Below are positions 27,838-38,954 of a stretch of 64,000 nucleotides of DNA, in pieces. The DNA comes from a bacterium. Lineage in GTDB: Bacteria; UBA8248. Both the position numbers and the translations under genes were made by a program. Below the pieces are notes generated by a model, which saw nothing but the letters and a program-made list of their open reading frames with translations, made no database searches and had not been told where the DNA came from. Positions within the stretch are counted from its first letter, which is position 1; each line of letters starts with the position of its first letter. The stretch is from positions 2,641,526 through 2,705,525 of the forward strand of contig OZ242260.1 in assembly GCA_965207065.1 (NCBI GenBank). The letters run 5' to 3'.

Positions 27838-29187
27838 CTAGAGCATGGACGCCGCCTTCTCGGCCAGCGCCCTGGCCTTGGCGTAATTCGCCTTGACCTG
27901 CGCGTCCCATTCACGTTCGACCTCGGCCTGGCGGCCCGTCACCTTCGTGGTCGCCTTCTTGCGCTTCTTCTTGAAGATCGCGTTGAATTCCTTCTTGCTC
28001 GCCTGGGCCGCGGTGATCGGCACCTTGGCCACCAGCGCCTTGGCCTCGTCGATCAGCTTCTTCGCCGCCATGTTCTTCTTGCCGCCCATTTGCGCCTCGG
28101 CGGTCTGGATGGCCTTGGTCGCCGCGCGCAGGTCGTTCAGGCGGTAGGTGACCATCACGTCGAACAGCGAATTGATGACGTTGTAGCGGTTTTTCGAGAG
28201 CTGGAGGTCGAACTTGACCGCTGAGCCGATGGACTTGTCCTTGAACGGATTCGGGAAGTCTTTGGGCGCTTTGGCGTACGTCGCCGGGTTGACGGGCAGG
28301 CGGCGGATTTTCTTGTCGAGCAGCACTTCCTGTCCCGCAGGCGAGAGCAGGAACTCGATGAACGCAGCCGCGGCCTTGGGGTGCGGCGCGTTCTTGACGA
28401 TGGCGATGTTCGCGGGCACCAGCGTCGTCACCGGCGGGTAGATGAATTTGACGGGGAAGCCCGAAGCCTCGGACGACAGCCCGAAGAAGTCGATGACGAT
28501 GCCGAGGCCGAACTGGCCCGAGTTCACGCCGTCGGGCACGCCGAAGCTGCGCTCGGTGACGGTCTTGAAGTTGCCGGCGATGGCCTTCCACTCGGCCCAG
28601 CCCTTCTCCCAGCCCTTGCCCTGCAGGAGGGTCTCGACGGTGAGGTGGGTGGTGCCCGAACGCGAAGGCGCGCTCATGCCGACGTGGCCGTGGTAGACGG
28701 GCATGGCCAGATCGGCCCAGGTCTTGGGCGCGGGCAGCTTCTTGGCCTTCAGGTAGCGGGTGTTCCACATGATGCCGTAGCCCGAAGCCGCGAAACCCTT
28801 GTAGTAGCCCTCGGGGTCGTTGATCGGGAAAGCGCCGACATTCTTGGGAATGCCCTTTATCTTGACCTTGTATTTCTGGAGAAGGTTGTCGCCCTTGAGC
28901 ACTTCGAAGGCGTCCGGCGCGGATGCCCAGAACATGTCGGAGCGGTTGTTGGAGGCGGTCTCCTGGAGATACTTGATGCCGGCGGTGGTCTTTTTCTTGA
29001 GCATCTCGACCTTGACGCCGGGGTGTTTCTTCTCGAAAGCCTTCTTGACGGTGGTCGTCGTGTCCGGCGGGTAGGACGTGACGATGACGAGCTTCTTCTC
29101 GAGCGCGATTGCGCCGAGGGGCGCCGCCAGGACGGCGAGAGCGAAGCCGAAGACGATGGTCCAGAAAGTGGTTTTCCTGATGGTCAT
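27838..29187 (-). CDS. ABC substrate-binding protein (FbpA/PgtC-like)
   Basis: Signal peptide, SAPSRSGTT, ERSFGVPDGV, IVIDFF. Confidence 0.85.
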   Translation of the reverse strand: MTIRKTTFWTIVFGFALAVLAAPLGAIALEKKLVIVTSYPPDTTTTVKKAFEKKHPGVKVEMLKKKTTAGIKYLQETASNNRSDMFWASAPDAFEVLKGDNLLQKYKVKIKGIPKNVGAFPINDPEGYYKGFAASGYGIMWNTRYLKAKKLPAPKTWADLAMPVYHGHVGMSAPSRSGTTHLTVETLLQGKGWEKGWAEWKAIAGNFKTVTERSFGVPDGVNSGQFGLGIVIDFFGLSSEASGFPVKFIYPPVTTLVPANIAIVKNAPHPKAAAAFIEFLLSPAGQEVLLDKKIRRLPVNPATYAKAPKDFPNPFKDKSIGSAVKFDLQLSKNRYNVINSLFDVMVTYRLNDLRAATKAIQTAEAQMGGKKNMAAKKLIDEAKALVAKVPITAAQASKKEFNAIFKKKRKKATTKVTGRQAEVEREWDAQVKANYAKARALAEKAASML

Positions 29188-29381
29188 TGGTTTATTCCTC
29201 CTCGTTTTCCCTAAGGGGAGTTGTGTGTTGAGGCGTCAATGATACCCGATGGATCAGAGATATACTGGAACATAATATTATACCACAAATCATGCGAATC
29301 AAGCGGCGAAAACTATGCTGTAGACGCAAGCGTGACGCGCGCCGTCAGGCGGCTCGCGAGAGTTCAAAGAGCGCCCTCGCG

Positions 29382-29981
29382 CTAGAGCTTGTTCAACTCC
29401 ACGTCGATGGTGATGCGCACCTCGTTCCCAACGACGAGCCCGCCCGCTTCGAGCAGGCGGTTGTACTTCACCCCGAAATCCTTGCGGTTTATCCGCGTGG
29501 TGGCGCTCGCGCCCATCTTGACGGTCCCGCGCCCCGTTCTGACCTCCCCGCTGATGTCGGCCACCTTCAGCACCACTTCTCTCGTGACGCCGCGGATGGT
29601 CAGGTCGCCGACGAGTTCGAGGCCCTCCGCGCCCGCATTCTTCACGGCCCTGGACTTGAAGGTGATGGAGGGATGCTTCTCGACGAGCAGGAAATCGTCG
29701 GTCCGCAGGTGGTTGTCGCGCCGCGCGTTGCGCGTATTGATCGAGTCGGCGTCGATGACGATGTCCGCCGCCGCGGCGCCGGGGTTCTTCCGGTCGTAGC
29801 GGACCGTGCCCGACACTCTTTGGAATTCCCCCTGCACCCAGGTGACGCCCAGGTGCCGCACCTTGAAGGAGACCGTCGTGTGGGTGGGGTCGATTCTCCA
29901 CTCAGCGGCGTGTGCGAGGGCGGGAGCTACCAGCCATGACGCCGCGATTATCATCGCTGCAAGTTTCACAAATCGTTTCAT
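29382..29981 (-). CDS. YceI-family lipid/polyisoprenoid-binding protein
   Basis: WRIDPTHTTVSFKVRHLG, RDNHLR, GDLTIRGVTREV, INRKDFG. Confidence 0.92.
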   Translation of the reverse strand: MKRFVKLAAMIIAASWLVAPALAHAAEWRIDPTHTTVSFKVRHLGVTWVQGEFQRVSGTVRYDRKNPGAAAADIVIDADSINTRNARRDNHLRTDDFLLVEKHPSITFKSRAVKNAGAEGLELVGDLTIRGVTREVVLKVADISGEVRTGRGTVKMGASATTRINRKDFGVKYNRLLEAGGLVVGNEVRITIDVELNKL

Positions 29982-30047
29982 GAGTCTCGTTCTCCGAATG
30001 AATAGGTGTGAAAACGGCGGCGATTCTTTCCAATCTGCGATGTTCTG

Positions 30048-30419
30048 CTATGCGTCGCCATACCTTTCCGGGGACTCCTCCTCCGCCTTCTGCCCCTCCA
30101 GGTACTTTCCGTACTCATCGTGCGTGGTCTCGGCGCAGAGGTCGGGCCCGCGCTTGTAGGCCGCCCTCGATATGAGGTGCGCGGCGACGGGCGCGGTCAG
30201 GAACAGGAAGAAAATGGCCAGGAGCGCCTGCGTCGTGACGGCGGCGCTTTGGAAGATGATGCTCGCGCCCAGGAGGATGCCGCCCATGCCGAAGGTCGTC
30301 GCCTTGGTGGCGGCGTGCATGCGGCAGTAGACGTCGGGCAGGCGGATGAGGCCGATGCTGGCGACCAGCATGAAGAACGAGCCTCCCAGCAGCAGGACGG
30401 CGGCGAGTGCGTCACTCAA
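30048..30419 (-). CDS. mrpG: Mrp Na+/H+ antiporter subunit G
   Basis: PDVYCRMHAATKATT, TAPVAAH; TTG start. Confidence 0.9.
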   Translation of the reverse strand: MSDALAAVLLLGGSFFMLVASIGLIRLPDVYCRMHAATKATTFGMGGILLGASIIFQSAAVTTQALLAIFFLFLTAPVAAHLISRAAYKRGPDLCAETTHDEYGKYLEGQKAEEESPERYGDA

Positions 30420-30681
30420 TGATCTTCCCCCTCTCGAGGAACTTCGCATACACCGTCGTGCCGACGAAGCTCAGAATGGCCAGGGCGAGCACGGCGATGA
30501 TGAACAGCTTGTTGTGCGTCTGGATGGCGAATAGCGCGATGACGCCGAGCACGTTCGTGGCGAGGGTGTCCGCCGCCACCACGCGGTCCGACGTCGTGGG
30601 TCCCTTGGCGAGGCGGATGAACGCCAGGAGCACCGACGCGCCCATCATGACGAGGCTTATCTGAACGGCGATCTCTATCAT
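30412..30681 (-). CDS. mrpF: Mrp antiporter subunit F
   Basis: RLAKGPTTSDRVVAAD. Confidence 0.9.
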   Translation of the reverse strand: MIEIAVQISLVMMGASVLLAFIRLAKGPTTSDRVVAADTLATNVLGVIALFAIQTHNKLFIIAVLALAILSFVGTTVYAKFLERGKIIE

Positions 30682-31151
30682 TCCACCGCTCCTACGATGG
30701 GTTCTTCCAGCCCCTTGCGGATGCCTTCGGCCACCTCGTCGGGGTGGTCGATATCCAGCGTGTGGACGAAAATCGTCTCATCATCATCCGACACGTCGAT
30801 GCTCAGCGTGCCGGGCGTGAGCGTGATGGAATTCGCCAGCATCGTCACGCCCAAAGGCGTCTTGCAGACCGTCTTGTAGGGGATGATGCCCGGGCGGATC
30901 GACAGCCGGGGCGAGAGCACGATCTTCAGCACCTGGACGTTGGCGATCAACAGCTCCCAGGTGAAGCTCCGCAAGTATTTGAAATAGCTGCCGATGCGGA
31001 AGAACGTCCTGTCCTGGTAGTAGGATTTCTTTAAGAAGCGGATGATGAACAGCGCCATGACGAGGCCGACGAAGAAGTGCCCCGGCGTCGCGCTCCCGTG
31101 CAGGAATATCCAGATGGTGGCGATGGTGAATGCGAGCGTGGCGAGCGGCAT
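30678..31151 (-). CDS. mrpE: Mrp antiporter subunit E
   Basis: LANSITLTPGTL. Confidence 0.92.
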   Translation of the reverse strand: MPLATLAFTIATIWIFLHGSATPGHFFVGLVMALFIIRFLKKSYYQDRTFFRIGSYFKYLRSFTWELLIANVQVLKIVLSPRLSIRPGIIPYKTVCKTPLGVTMLANSITLTPGTLSIDVSDDDETIFVHTLDIDHPDEVAEGIRKGLEEPIVGAVE

Positions 31152-31161
31152 CGTGCGTCTC

Positions 31162-32637
31162 CTAGCCCAAGTCCCGCATGGCGGATATGTAGAGTTCGGG
31201 CTTCGTGATCTGGGCGGCCACGAGCTGCGCCCACTCGAAGAGCCAGTACGCGCCGAGTCCGAAGATGACCGCGAAGGCCGAGAGAAAGGCGACCGAGCCG
31301 TATATCCCTGCGCCCGCCGCGCCGACCTCGCCGCCGCCCGTCCCCCAGGCGTAACGCTGGTACGTCGTGAAATTATAATAAAGCGATATGACGCCGAATC
31401 CCAGGGCTATTCCCGTCGCAAGTATCGCGCCCTGCGAGAACCCCGCCTGGAGCACGAAGAGTTTGGCGAAAAAGCCCGTGAACGGCGGAAAGCCCGCCAG
31501 GGAGAGGAACCCCACGAGCATGAGCAGGCTAGCGAAGGGCGCCTTGCCCATCATGCCGCCCATTTCTTCGAGGTCCACCGTGCCGGTGAGCTTCTGGTTC
31601 AGGCCCGCGCCGAGCAGCATCGCGCTTTTTAAGTACGCGTGGCCAACGATGTAGAAGACCGCCGCCGCGAGTCCGGCCTGTGAGAGCAGGGCGATCCCGA
31701 AGGCGATGTAGCCCAGCTGGTTGATGGTGCTGTAGGCGAGGATGCGCTTCAGACTCGTCTGGGGCAGGGTGCCGAGCGCGCCCATGGCGATGGTCAGGAG
31801 GCACAGCAGTATCAGCCCGGGTTGTAGTATCAGGAAAGCGGCCGGGAAGATGAGCGTGGCGCAGCGGATGATGGAGTAGATGCCCACCTTGACGAGCACG
31901 CCCGCCAGGATGGCGCTGATGGGAGTGGGCGATATCGAGTGCGCGGAGGGCAGCCACAGGTGCATCGGGAAGATCGCCGCCTTGACGCTGAACACGAAGA
32001 CGAAGATGAGGGCCGTCACCACGATGAGCGGCGTGGGGCCCAGGAGCTTTATCTTCACGGCCAGGTCGGCCATGTTCACGGTGCCCACCTGGGCGTAGAG
32101 GAGCGCGACGCCCAGCAGGAAAAGCGCCGATGCGATCAAGTTCATGCAGGTGTACTTGAAGGCCATCTCGAGCTGGTCGAGGTTGTAATAGAAGCCCAGC
32201 AGCGCGTAGGTGGCCATGAGCATGACCTCGAAGAAGACGAAGAGGTTGAACAGGTCGCCCGTGATGAAACAGCCCTGCATCCCCATGAGCAGGAAGTGCA
32301 GCAGGGGGTGAAATGCCTCTTTCCGCTGCGCATCCGTGAGATAGCTCCCCGCGAAGACGGCGCACGCCCCCACGATGGAGGAGGAGAGGCACAAGAGCGT
32401 GGCGGTGAGCCTGTCCGCCGCCAGGACGATGGCGTACGGGAAGGGCCAGAGGCCCATCCGGTGGACGAATATCGTCCCGTCCGCCGTCGCGCTCAGGAGT
32501 ACGCCCGCCAGGATGAGGTTCACCAGCAGGGCGATCATGCTCACCGATTCCTGGATCGCGCGGTTCTTCCTCACCAGGAACAGGAACGTGCCCGTGGCCA
32601 GCGGCAGGACGACGAAGAGCGGGAATACGGCGTTCAT
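31162..32637 (-). CDS. mrpD: Mrp antiporter subunit D
   Basis: DLFNLFVFFEVML, PMHLWLP, GFPPFTGFFAK. Confidence 0.93.
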   Translation of the reverse strand: MNAVFPLFVVLPLATGTFLFLVRKNRAIQESVSMIALLVNLILAGVLLSATADGTIFVHRMGLWPFPYAIVLAADRLTATLLCLSSSIVGACAVFAGSYLTDAQRKEAFHPLLHFLLMGMQGCFITGDLFNLFVFFEVMLMATYALLGFYYNLDQLEMAFKYTCMNLIASALFLLGVALLYAQVGTVNMADLAVKIKLLGPTPLIVVTALIFVFVFSVKAAIFPMHLWLPSAHSISPTPISAILAGVLVKVGIYSIIRCATLIFPAAFLILQPGLILLCLLTIAMGALGTLPQTSLKRILAYSTINQLGYIAFGIALLSQAGLAAAVFYIVGHAYLKSAMLLGAGLNQKLTGTVDLEEMGGMMGKAPFASLLMLVGFLSLAGFPPFTGFFAKLFVLQAGFSQGAILATGIALGFGVISLYYNFTTYQRYAWGTGGGEVGAAGAGIYGSVAFLSAFAVIFGLGAYWLFEWAQLVAAQITKPELYISAMRDLG

Positions 32638-32984
32638 CCCTTGAGCCTCCGGATCTCGTCGATGTCGTCGGTGCCGAACTTTTTGTAGGTGAAGAACGCG
32701 AGCACGAGCAGAAAGGCCGTCACGGCCAGGCTGATGACGATGGCAGTCAGTACCATGGCCTGGGGCAGGGGGTCTACGTAGGCGAACGGGTCGAGCGGGC
32801 CGCCCGTCTTGGGAACGATGGGCGCCTTGCCGTCCCCCACCCAGCCTGAGGCGACGATCATCAGGTTCGCGGCGTGGCTCAGCACCGCCATGCCGAGCAC
32901 GACCTGTATGATCCTGCGCTGCATGATGAGGTAGGAAGCCACCGTCACCAGGGCGCCGATTATGATCGCCAGTATCCAGAGCAC
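32634..32984 (-). CDS. mrpC: Mrp antiporter subunit C
   Basis: DPLPQAMVLTAIVI; GTG start after AAGGAG. Confidence 0.92.
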   Translation of the reverse strand: MLWILAIIIGALVTVASYLIMQRRIIQVVLGMAVLSHAANLMIVASGWVGDGKAPIVPKTGGPLDPFAYVDPLPQAMVLTAIVISLAVTAFLLVLAFFTYKKFGTDDIDEIRRLKG

Positions 32985-33010
32985 GTTAATATCTCCTTGC
33001 CGCTTCTGCT

Positions 33011-33101
33011 GTAGGGGTCGCATATATGCGACCCGGCCTTTTACACCTGCCGACTATGGGCCGCATATATGTAGCGTTCCCAAGAAGGGAGCGCTACATA
33101 C
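33011..33101. repeat. REP-like palindromes between mrpB and mrpC
   Basis: GTAGGGGTCGCATATATGCGACCC, plus TATGTAGCGTTCCC..GGGAGCGCTACATA which matches 21966-22000. Confidence 0.7.
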
Positions 33102-33127
33102 AGTTACAGCCGCTTCTGCGAGACTCC

Positions 33128-33559
33128 TTAACCTTCCGGCTCCTGCGTTTCCCTTTCGTACAGGTTGGTGAAGATGCACATCACCACCCCGACCACCACG
33201 CCGTACACGCCCACGTCGAAGATGAACGCGGTGAACAGTTCCACGTCGCCGATGAAGGGCAGGGCGAAGTGGTAGATCGAGCTTTTGAGATACGCTCCCT
33301 TGATGTAGCCCCACACCCCCGTCAAGGTGGAGAGCGCCAGCCCCGCGAGGAATATCCCCTCGTAGGGCCAGTTGAACCGCCTGCGGCCTTCTTCGGCGTC
33401 CACCGCCACCCACTGGAGCACGATGCCCACCGACGTCATGAGGCCCGCGATGAAGCCGCCGCCCGGCTGGTTGTGGCCGTAGATGAGCAGGAACATGGAG
33501 AAGAGCAGCGTCAGGTGCAGCACGGCGGGCGCTATGGTCTGCAAGATCAATGATCGCAT
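33128..33559 (-). CDS. mrpB: Mrp antiporter subunit B
   Basis: [19 protein letters not shown]. Confidence 0.93.
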   Translation of the reverse strand: MRSLILQTIAPAVLHLTLLFSMFLLIYGHNQPGGGFIAGLMTSVGIVLQWVAVDAEEGRRRFNWPYEGIFLAGLALSTLTGVWGYIKGAYLKSSIYHFALPFIGDVELFTAFIFDVGVYGVVVGVVMCIFTNLYERETQEPEG

Positions 33560-35892
33560 TTCATCTCTCCCACCAGCCGCAATAGGGCGTAGACGGCTAT
33601 CCCTGCGATGACCAGCACGGTGATCTCGCCCAGCGTGTCATACCCTCGGTAATCGACGATGATGGCGTTGACCACGTTCTTGAAGCCCGCCACGGGCTTG
33701 CTCGTGCGCATGAAGTAGTCCGCAATGGTGCGGAACTTGTGCGTGTTCATGGCGGCGGCCATGACGAGCGTCGTGCAGACGCCGAGACCGATAGCGATTC
33801 CCCAATCCCGAATCTTCTTCGCGGTCGATGACGGTACGGGCTTGAGCTCGGGCAGGTAGTAGAACACGAGCAGGAACAGCACGACCGAGGCCGATTCGAC
33901 CATGATCTGCGTGAGGGCCAAATCCGGCGCTTTTAAGAGCAAATAAAGCCCCGCGATGCCGTAGCCCATCGTGCCGAGGGCCAGGATGGCGGCGATCCTC
34001 CGCTTGAAGAGCGCCGTGGCGAGGGCTGCGCTCGTGATCATGAGCGCGATCACGACGAGCAGGAACGATGCGCCCGCGAAATTCTCAGGAAATACCTTCG
34101 TCCCCCAGTCCATCCGCCAGACGAGGTAGAGCGCGGCGGCGGTGGGGAGCACCATCATCCAGCGCATGTAGCGCCTGAGATTCCCGTCCTGAATGAGGAG
34201 AAGAATCTCCCAGGTGCCGTTTCTCAGCCAGTCGATGGAGCCGTCGTATATCCTGTTGGGAGAGGGGGCATTGCCCCAGGCGCGGGCGACCGTGTCCAGT
34301 ACGGTCTTGACGTGCGCGAAGCCGAAGTAAAGCGCCAAGCCCAGTGCCATCGTGATGATCGACATGATGAGCGGCATGTTCACCCCGTGCCAGAGGCCCA
34401 AGTGGAGTTCCAGGTGCGCCTTGCCGCCCAGAGTGGCCTGCGCCGCGGGCGCGACGATGGCGTTCTCGATGAGACCGGGCGCGAGACCGAAAGCCAGTGC
34501 CAAGAGAACGAGGATCGCGGGCGCCGCCAGCATCCCGAGGGGCGGGTCGTGGGGATGCTTGGGCGCTTCGCCTTCCGCCGCCTGCCAGTAGGGTTCGCTC
34601 AGGAACCTTAAGTGATAGAGCGCGGTGAACACGCCCGCGAATACGGTGATGTAGGGCCAGAACCAGCTCCAGTTCCCCGGGCCGCCGGGGTGGAGGCTGA
34701 CTTCGTAGAGCATCTCCTTGGTGATGAACCCGCCCATGGGCGGTATGCCGATCAAGCTCAGCGCTGCGATGACGGCCAAGATGTGTGTCTTCGGCATGAG
34801 TTTTCTCAGGTTGCCGAGCAGACGCACGTCGCGTGTGCCCGCCTCGTGGTCGATGATGCCCACCGTCATGAACATCGCCGCCTTGGCCGCCGCGTGGTTG
34901 TAGAGGTGAAGCGTCGCGCCGATGATCGCCCCCTTGCCGCCGTAGCCCAGGAAGGTGACGATGAGGCCCAACTGGCTGATGGTGCCGTAGGCCAGAATGG
35001 CCTTTAAGTCATACGCGCGCAGGGAGAGCAGGCCGCCCGCTATCATCGTCGTCATGCCGAAGCCCGTCACCACGTAGCCCCAGGCGGGGTGCGCGCCGAG
35101 GATGGGATAGAAGCGCGACAGGAGATAGATGCCCGCCTTCACCATGGTGGCCGAGTGCAGGAACGCGCTGATGGGCGTGGGCGCTTCCATGGCGTTCGGC
35201 AGCCAGATGTGGAAGGGCCACTGCGCGCTCTTCGTCACCGCGCCCAGGATGATGAGCAAGAAGACACCGAACGATATCTGGCTCGCGATTCCGGGCATGA
35301 GTACGAGTTGGGAGAGCCGCCACTCGCCCGCCACGTCGCCTAAGAGCAAAAATCCCCCGAGCATGGCGAGGCCGCCGCTGCCCGTGATGAGGATGGCCTT
35401 CGTCGCGCCGTAGTTCGAGGCGTCCCTGTCCGACCAGAAGCCGATTAAGAAGAACGAGGTGATGCTCGTGAGCTCCCAGAAGATGAACAAGGAGATTAAG
35501 TGGTCGGAAAACACGACGCCCAGCATCGAGCCCATGAACGCGATGAGAAAGCCGTAATAGCGGCCGAGCGCTTCGTGCTCGTGCAGGTACCAGTGGGAGT
35601 AGAGGACGATGAGCGCGCCCATGCCCGCCACGAGGAGGCCCCACATGAGGCTCAGGCCGTCCACCATGAAGGAGATTTCGACGTTCGCGGCGGGGACCCA
35701 GGCGATGGCGCGCGTAAAAGTCTGCCGGCCGCCGGCGGCCCATTCGCCGTAAAGATTAAAGAGCGCCCATGTGCTGACGAGGGGCGCGACCATGGCGAAC
35801 CACGCGGCGTTTTTGCGGAAACGTTCTGCAAACCAGGGGATGATGAGGGCGGCTGCGAACGGGAAGAACACGATGATGAAGGTGTTGTCCAA
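33547..35892 (-). CDS. mrpA: Mrp antiporter subunit A
   Basis: [52 protein letters not shown]. Confidence 0.95.
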   Translation of the reverse strand: MDNTFIIVFFPFAAALIIPWFAERFRKNAAWFAMVAPLVSTWALFNLYGEWAAGGRQTFTRAIAWVPAANVEISFMVDGLSLMWGLLVAGMGALIVLYSHWYLHEHEALGRYYGFLIAFMGSMLGVVFSDHLISLFIFWELTSITSFFLIGFWSDRDASNYGATKAILITGSGGLAMLGGFLLLGDVAGEWRLSQLVLMPGIASQISFGVFLLIILGAVTKSAQWPFHIWLPNAMEAPTPISAFLHSATMVKAGIYLLSRFYPILGAHPAWGYVVTGFGMTTMIAGGLLSLRAYDLKAILAYGTISQLGLIVTFLGYGGKGAIIGATLHLYNHAAAKAAMFMTVGIIDHEAGTRDVRLLGNLRKLMPKTHILAVIAALSLIGIPPMGGFITKEMLYEVSLHPGGPGNWSWFWPYITVFAGVFTALYHLRFLSEPYWQAAEGEAPKHPHDPPLGMLAAPAILVLLALAFGLAPGLIENAIVAPAAQATLGGKAHLELHLGLWHGVNMPLIMSIITMALGLALYFGFAHVKTVLDTVARAWGNAPSPNRIYDGSIDWLRNGTWEILLLIQDGNLRRYMRWMMVLPTAAALYLVWRMDWGTKVFPENFAGASFLLVVIALMITSAALATALFKRRIAAILALGTMGYGIAGLYLLLKAPDLALTQIMVESASVVLFLLVFYYLPELKPVPSSTAKKIRDWGIAIGLGVCTTLVMAAAMNTHKFRTIADYFMRTSKPVAGFKNVVNAIIVDYRGYDTLGEITVLVIAGIAVYALLRLVGEMKCDH

Positions 35893-36031
35893 AACGAGCG
35901 CCCTTCGGGAATGGTTTTCTGTGAACCGAATACCGAAATTTACGTTTTGAGCTTCGGTGATAATGGCATAATCTCACCCTTCGGACAACGAAGCGCCGCA
36001 TCGTCATGCACACTGTCGCCTGGGTTATCGG

Positions 36032-36216
36032 GGTTGTTGAAAAGGATCTTTTTTATGGGGCAGAGGGGACGCCCCTCTCGACTGGAAAACCAACCCCCCC
36101 TACCCCCCCTTAACAGGGGGGTAAAGGCAATACCCCCGACGAGGGAGTGGAAGAAAAGCCCCCCTGACAAGGGGGGTTGGGGGGTTAATCTCTTGGCAAA
36201 GGCTTTTTCACCAACC
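36032..36216. mobile_element. MITE-like element (GGTTGTTGAAAA...TTTTTCACCAACC) with CCCCCT-N-AGGGGG palindromes
   Basis: Interior is a near reverse complement of 46357-46473 (GGGGACGCCCCTCTCGACTGGAAAA, CCCCCTGACAAGGGG). Confidence 0.65.
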
Positions 36217-36249
36217 CCCATCCGAACGGGAAAACACGGAGGTATCATC

Positions 36250-37020
36250 TTGAGCGAGACGACCTACAATCTTTACGCCCTGTGCCAGGGCTCGCGCGCG
36301 TGCGACGCCTCCTGGCTCCTTTACTTGAGCGAATCGGGCCGGACGCGCACGCTCCCCTATTTCTTCTGGGTGCTCAAGCCCGACGATGGCGGCGCGCCGG
36401 TCGTTATCGACACCGGCTTCAGCGAGGATGCGCAGAAGGCGCGAAACCCCGATTACGCGGACTACCGCCCGCAGCATGAGCTTCTGAAGCATTTCGATCT
36501 CAAGCCGTCAGAGGTCGAGACGCTCATCGTGAGCCACCTGCATTGGGATCACTTTATGTCTCCCCGGCTGTTCACAGGGGCGCGGTTTTATCTCCAGAGT
36601 CGCGAGCTCGATTTCTGGCGGAGCGACGCGGCGGAATACCACTTCATCAACCATTTTCTGGGCGATTTGGAAGAAGCCGAGAAGCTGCTTGAAGCAGGCC
36701 GTATGAATCTCGTGGACGGGGAGGCGGAGATAGCTGAGGGCGTACACGTCCACTGGACGGGCGGCCACACGCCGGGCCACCAGATAATCCGTTTCCGCAC
36801 GGCGCGGGGCTGGGCGGTGCTGGCCGTGGACGCGGCCTATCTCTACAGGAGCCTCGAATCCATGATACCGCCGGGCATCCACATCCACGTGGACGACGCC
36901 CTGCGCGCCCTCGAGACCGTGAAGGACCTCGCCGACGCGCCCGACCTCATCTTCGCCGGACACGACGAGACGGATTTGAGAAGGGAGGAGGTGTATCCGG
37001 GGGTTAGGTTGTTTGTGTAG
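36250..37020 (+). CDS. Metallo-beta-lactamase fold, N-acyl-homoserine lactonase family
   Basis: VIDTGF, SHLHWDH, GHTPGH; TTG start after GGAGG. Confidence 0.87.
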   Translation: MSETTYNLYALCQGSRACDASWLLYLSESGRTRTLPYFFWVLKPDDGGAPVVIDTGFSEDAQKARNPDYADYRPQHELLKHFDLKPSEVETLIVSHLHWDHFMSPRLFTGARFYLQSRELDFWRSDAAEYHFINHFLGDLEEAEKLLEAGRMNLVDGEAEIAEGVHVHWTGGHTPGHQIIRFRTARGWAVLAVDAAYLYRSLESMIPPGIHIHVDDALRALETVKDLADAPDLIFAGHDETDLRREEVYPGVRLFV

Positions 37021-37131
37021 CTGAAATGCTCTTGCCGGGGACGTATAGGCTGGGTATGTTGGCGGTATCCGAGGAGGAGTTATTGATTAGTAGAAATTCG
37101 GGCAATAAAACTTCTTGATTAAGAGGGTAGG

Positions 37132-38946
37132 ATGACTGAACTGAACTTCAAGGGGAAGGAATTCGTTTACAACCACCATTTATCCGTGCCGTTCCATCCG
37201 CTTGAAATGCACTCGGATAAGGGAATTGGTGAAGCAAGTTTAGACGGTAACCTGATCATTCATGGAGACAATCTGAAAGCGCTGAAAGCATTAATGCCAC
37301 TCTATGCTGGCAAGGTGGACTGTATCTTCATCGACCCACCTTACAACACCGGCAACGAAAGCTGGTGCTACAACGACAATGTGAACGCACCAATGATCAA
37401 AGAATGGTTGGAAGCGAACCCGGTTGGGATCGAGGATGGTCTCCGTCATGACAAGTGGTGTGCGATGATGTGGCCGAGGCTACGCTTGTTGCATGATTTG
37501 CTTGCCGATACGGGGAGTTTTTGGGCAACTATTGATTACATAGAGGTTAACCGGTTCAAGCAAATTTTGGATGAAATATTTGGCGAGAATAACTATATAG
37601 GTATGATTTCTTGGGAAAAAACCTATACACCAAAGAGTAACAGCAGAGTAATAAGTGCCGATACAGACTATATATTTTGTTATGCTAAAAATAAATCTGT
37701 ATTCGAGTCGGATGGTTGGAATTTGATAACTAAGGATAGTGAACAACTTGGAAGATATTCCAATCCAGATAATGATCCCAAAGGACCTTGGCGGACTTTT
37801 CCAATAGATGTTCGCACCGAAGATGCCGGGAAACGTGAGAAATATCGATATCAAGTTGAATTGCCGTCGGGTCGTACGGTACGACCTGCCGCTGGGCGTC
37901 ATTGGTCTCTCCCTGAAGATGTGTTCAATGCTGAGAGAACAGCCGGAAGGATCTACTTTGGCATGAAAAATGATGCAATACCAACAGTCAAAGCATATCT
38001 TTCTGACGGTCGGGATAAAATCATAGCGAGAACGTGGTGGCCATACAGTTCTGTCGGAGGTAATCAGGATGCAAAGAAGCAAATTTTGAATATTCTTGGC
38101 AGTGATTGCGATTTTCTTACACCTAAACCTACAAGCCTGATTCGTAGAATATTAGATATTGCTACTCATCGACACTCGATAGTTCTAGATTCGTTTTCTG
38201 GTTCGGGATCGACAGCACATGCTGTTCTCGAAGCGAATCGGGACGATGACGGAGAACGCCGCTTTATTCTTGTTGAGATGGAGGACTACGCGAACCGGAT
38301 AACTGCCGAGCGAGTCCGTCGTGTTATCAATGGCTATGACTTCACTGGCACTCTGCGTACGGAATTGATGCGGGAAAAAATCACTTGGTCCAAGCTGAAG
38401 AACTCCCGCAAACTGACGGAGTCGGTAGAGGTAATCGAGAATCTGCATGGCCACGAGTACGACCGAATTAAGAAGGAAGTCAAGAACGGCGAATTGATTG
38501 TCACTGGCGAAGAGTCGATAGCGGAATGCGTCGAGGGGCTTGGCGGTTCCTTCACCTATTGCACCCTTGGCGATCCTGTGGAACTCGACAAGCTGCTTAG
38601 CGGAGAAACTTTACCACCGTATGAGGGAATTGGCGCGGCGCTCTTCCACATGGCGACCAATTACGCAATTGACGCCGAGATCGTGCGCAAGGCGGAATAC
38701 TATCTTGGCGAGGCCGACGGCCAACATGTATGGCTGATCTACAAATCCGATTTGGATTGGCTGAAATCGCCTGAAGCAGCGCTGACATTGGACCGCGCTA
38801 GGACATTCGCATCGGCGGACCCAGAGAAGCGCCATCTTGTTTTCGCTCCGGTCCGCTATGTCAGTCAGAAGATGCTGGAGGAACAGAACCTTCCCGTCGA
38901 GTTTGTGCCGCTACCCTTCGCGCTCTACCGCATTGACCGGGGTTAA
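37132..38946 (+). CDS. mod: Type III restriction-modification DNA methyltransferase (Mod)
   Basis: IFIDPPYNTG, TPKP..LIRRIL, LDSFSGSGSTAHAV, FILVE. Confidence 0.93.
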   Translation: MTELNFKGKEFVYNHHLSVPFHPLEMHSDKGIGEASLDGNLIIHGDNLKALKALMPLYAGKVDCIFIDPPYNTGNESWCYNDNVNAPMIKEWLEANPVGIEDGLRHDKWCAMMWPRLRLLHDLLADTGSFWATIDYIEVNRFKQILDEIFGENNYIGMISWEKTYTPKSNSRVISADTDYIFCYAKNKSVFESDGWNLITKDSEQLGRYSNPDNDPKGPWRTFPIDVRTEDAGKREKYRYQVELPSGRTVRPAAGRHWSLPEDVFNAERTAGRIYFGMKNDAIPTVKAYLSDGRDKIIARTWWPYSSVGGNQDAKKQILNILGSDCDFLTPKPTSLIRRILDIATHRHSIVLDSFSGSGSTAHAVLEANRDDDGERRFILVEMEDYANRITAERVRRVINGYDFTGTLRTELMREKITWSKLKNSRKLTESVEVIENLHGHEYDRIKKEVKNGELIVTGEESIAECVEGLGGSFTYCTLGDPVELDKLLSGETLPPYEGIGAALFHMATNYAIDAEIVRKAEYYLGEADGQHVWLIYKSDLDWLKSPEAALTLDRARTFASADPEKRHLVFAPVRYVSQKMLEEQNLPVEFVPLPFALYRIDRG

Positions 38947-38954
38947 AGCGCGAC

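Noticed and set aside
35500-36249. 506-aa ORF 35500-37020 as a long lactonase fusion
   Set aside because: The extra N-terminus is antisense to mrpA and runs through a MITE; the real gene starts at TTG 36250 after GGAGG.
37132-37500. Phase-variable simple sequence repeat in mod
   Set aside because: No homopolymer or short tandem tract is visible at the 5' end or promoter.
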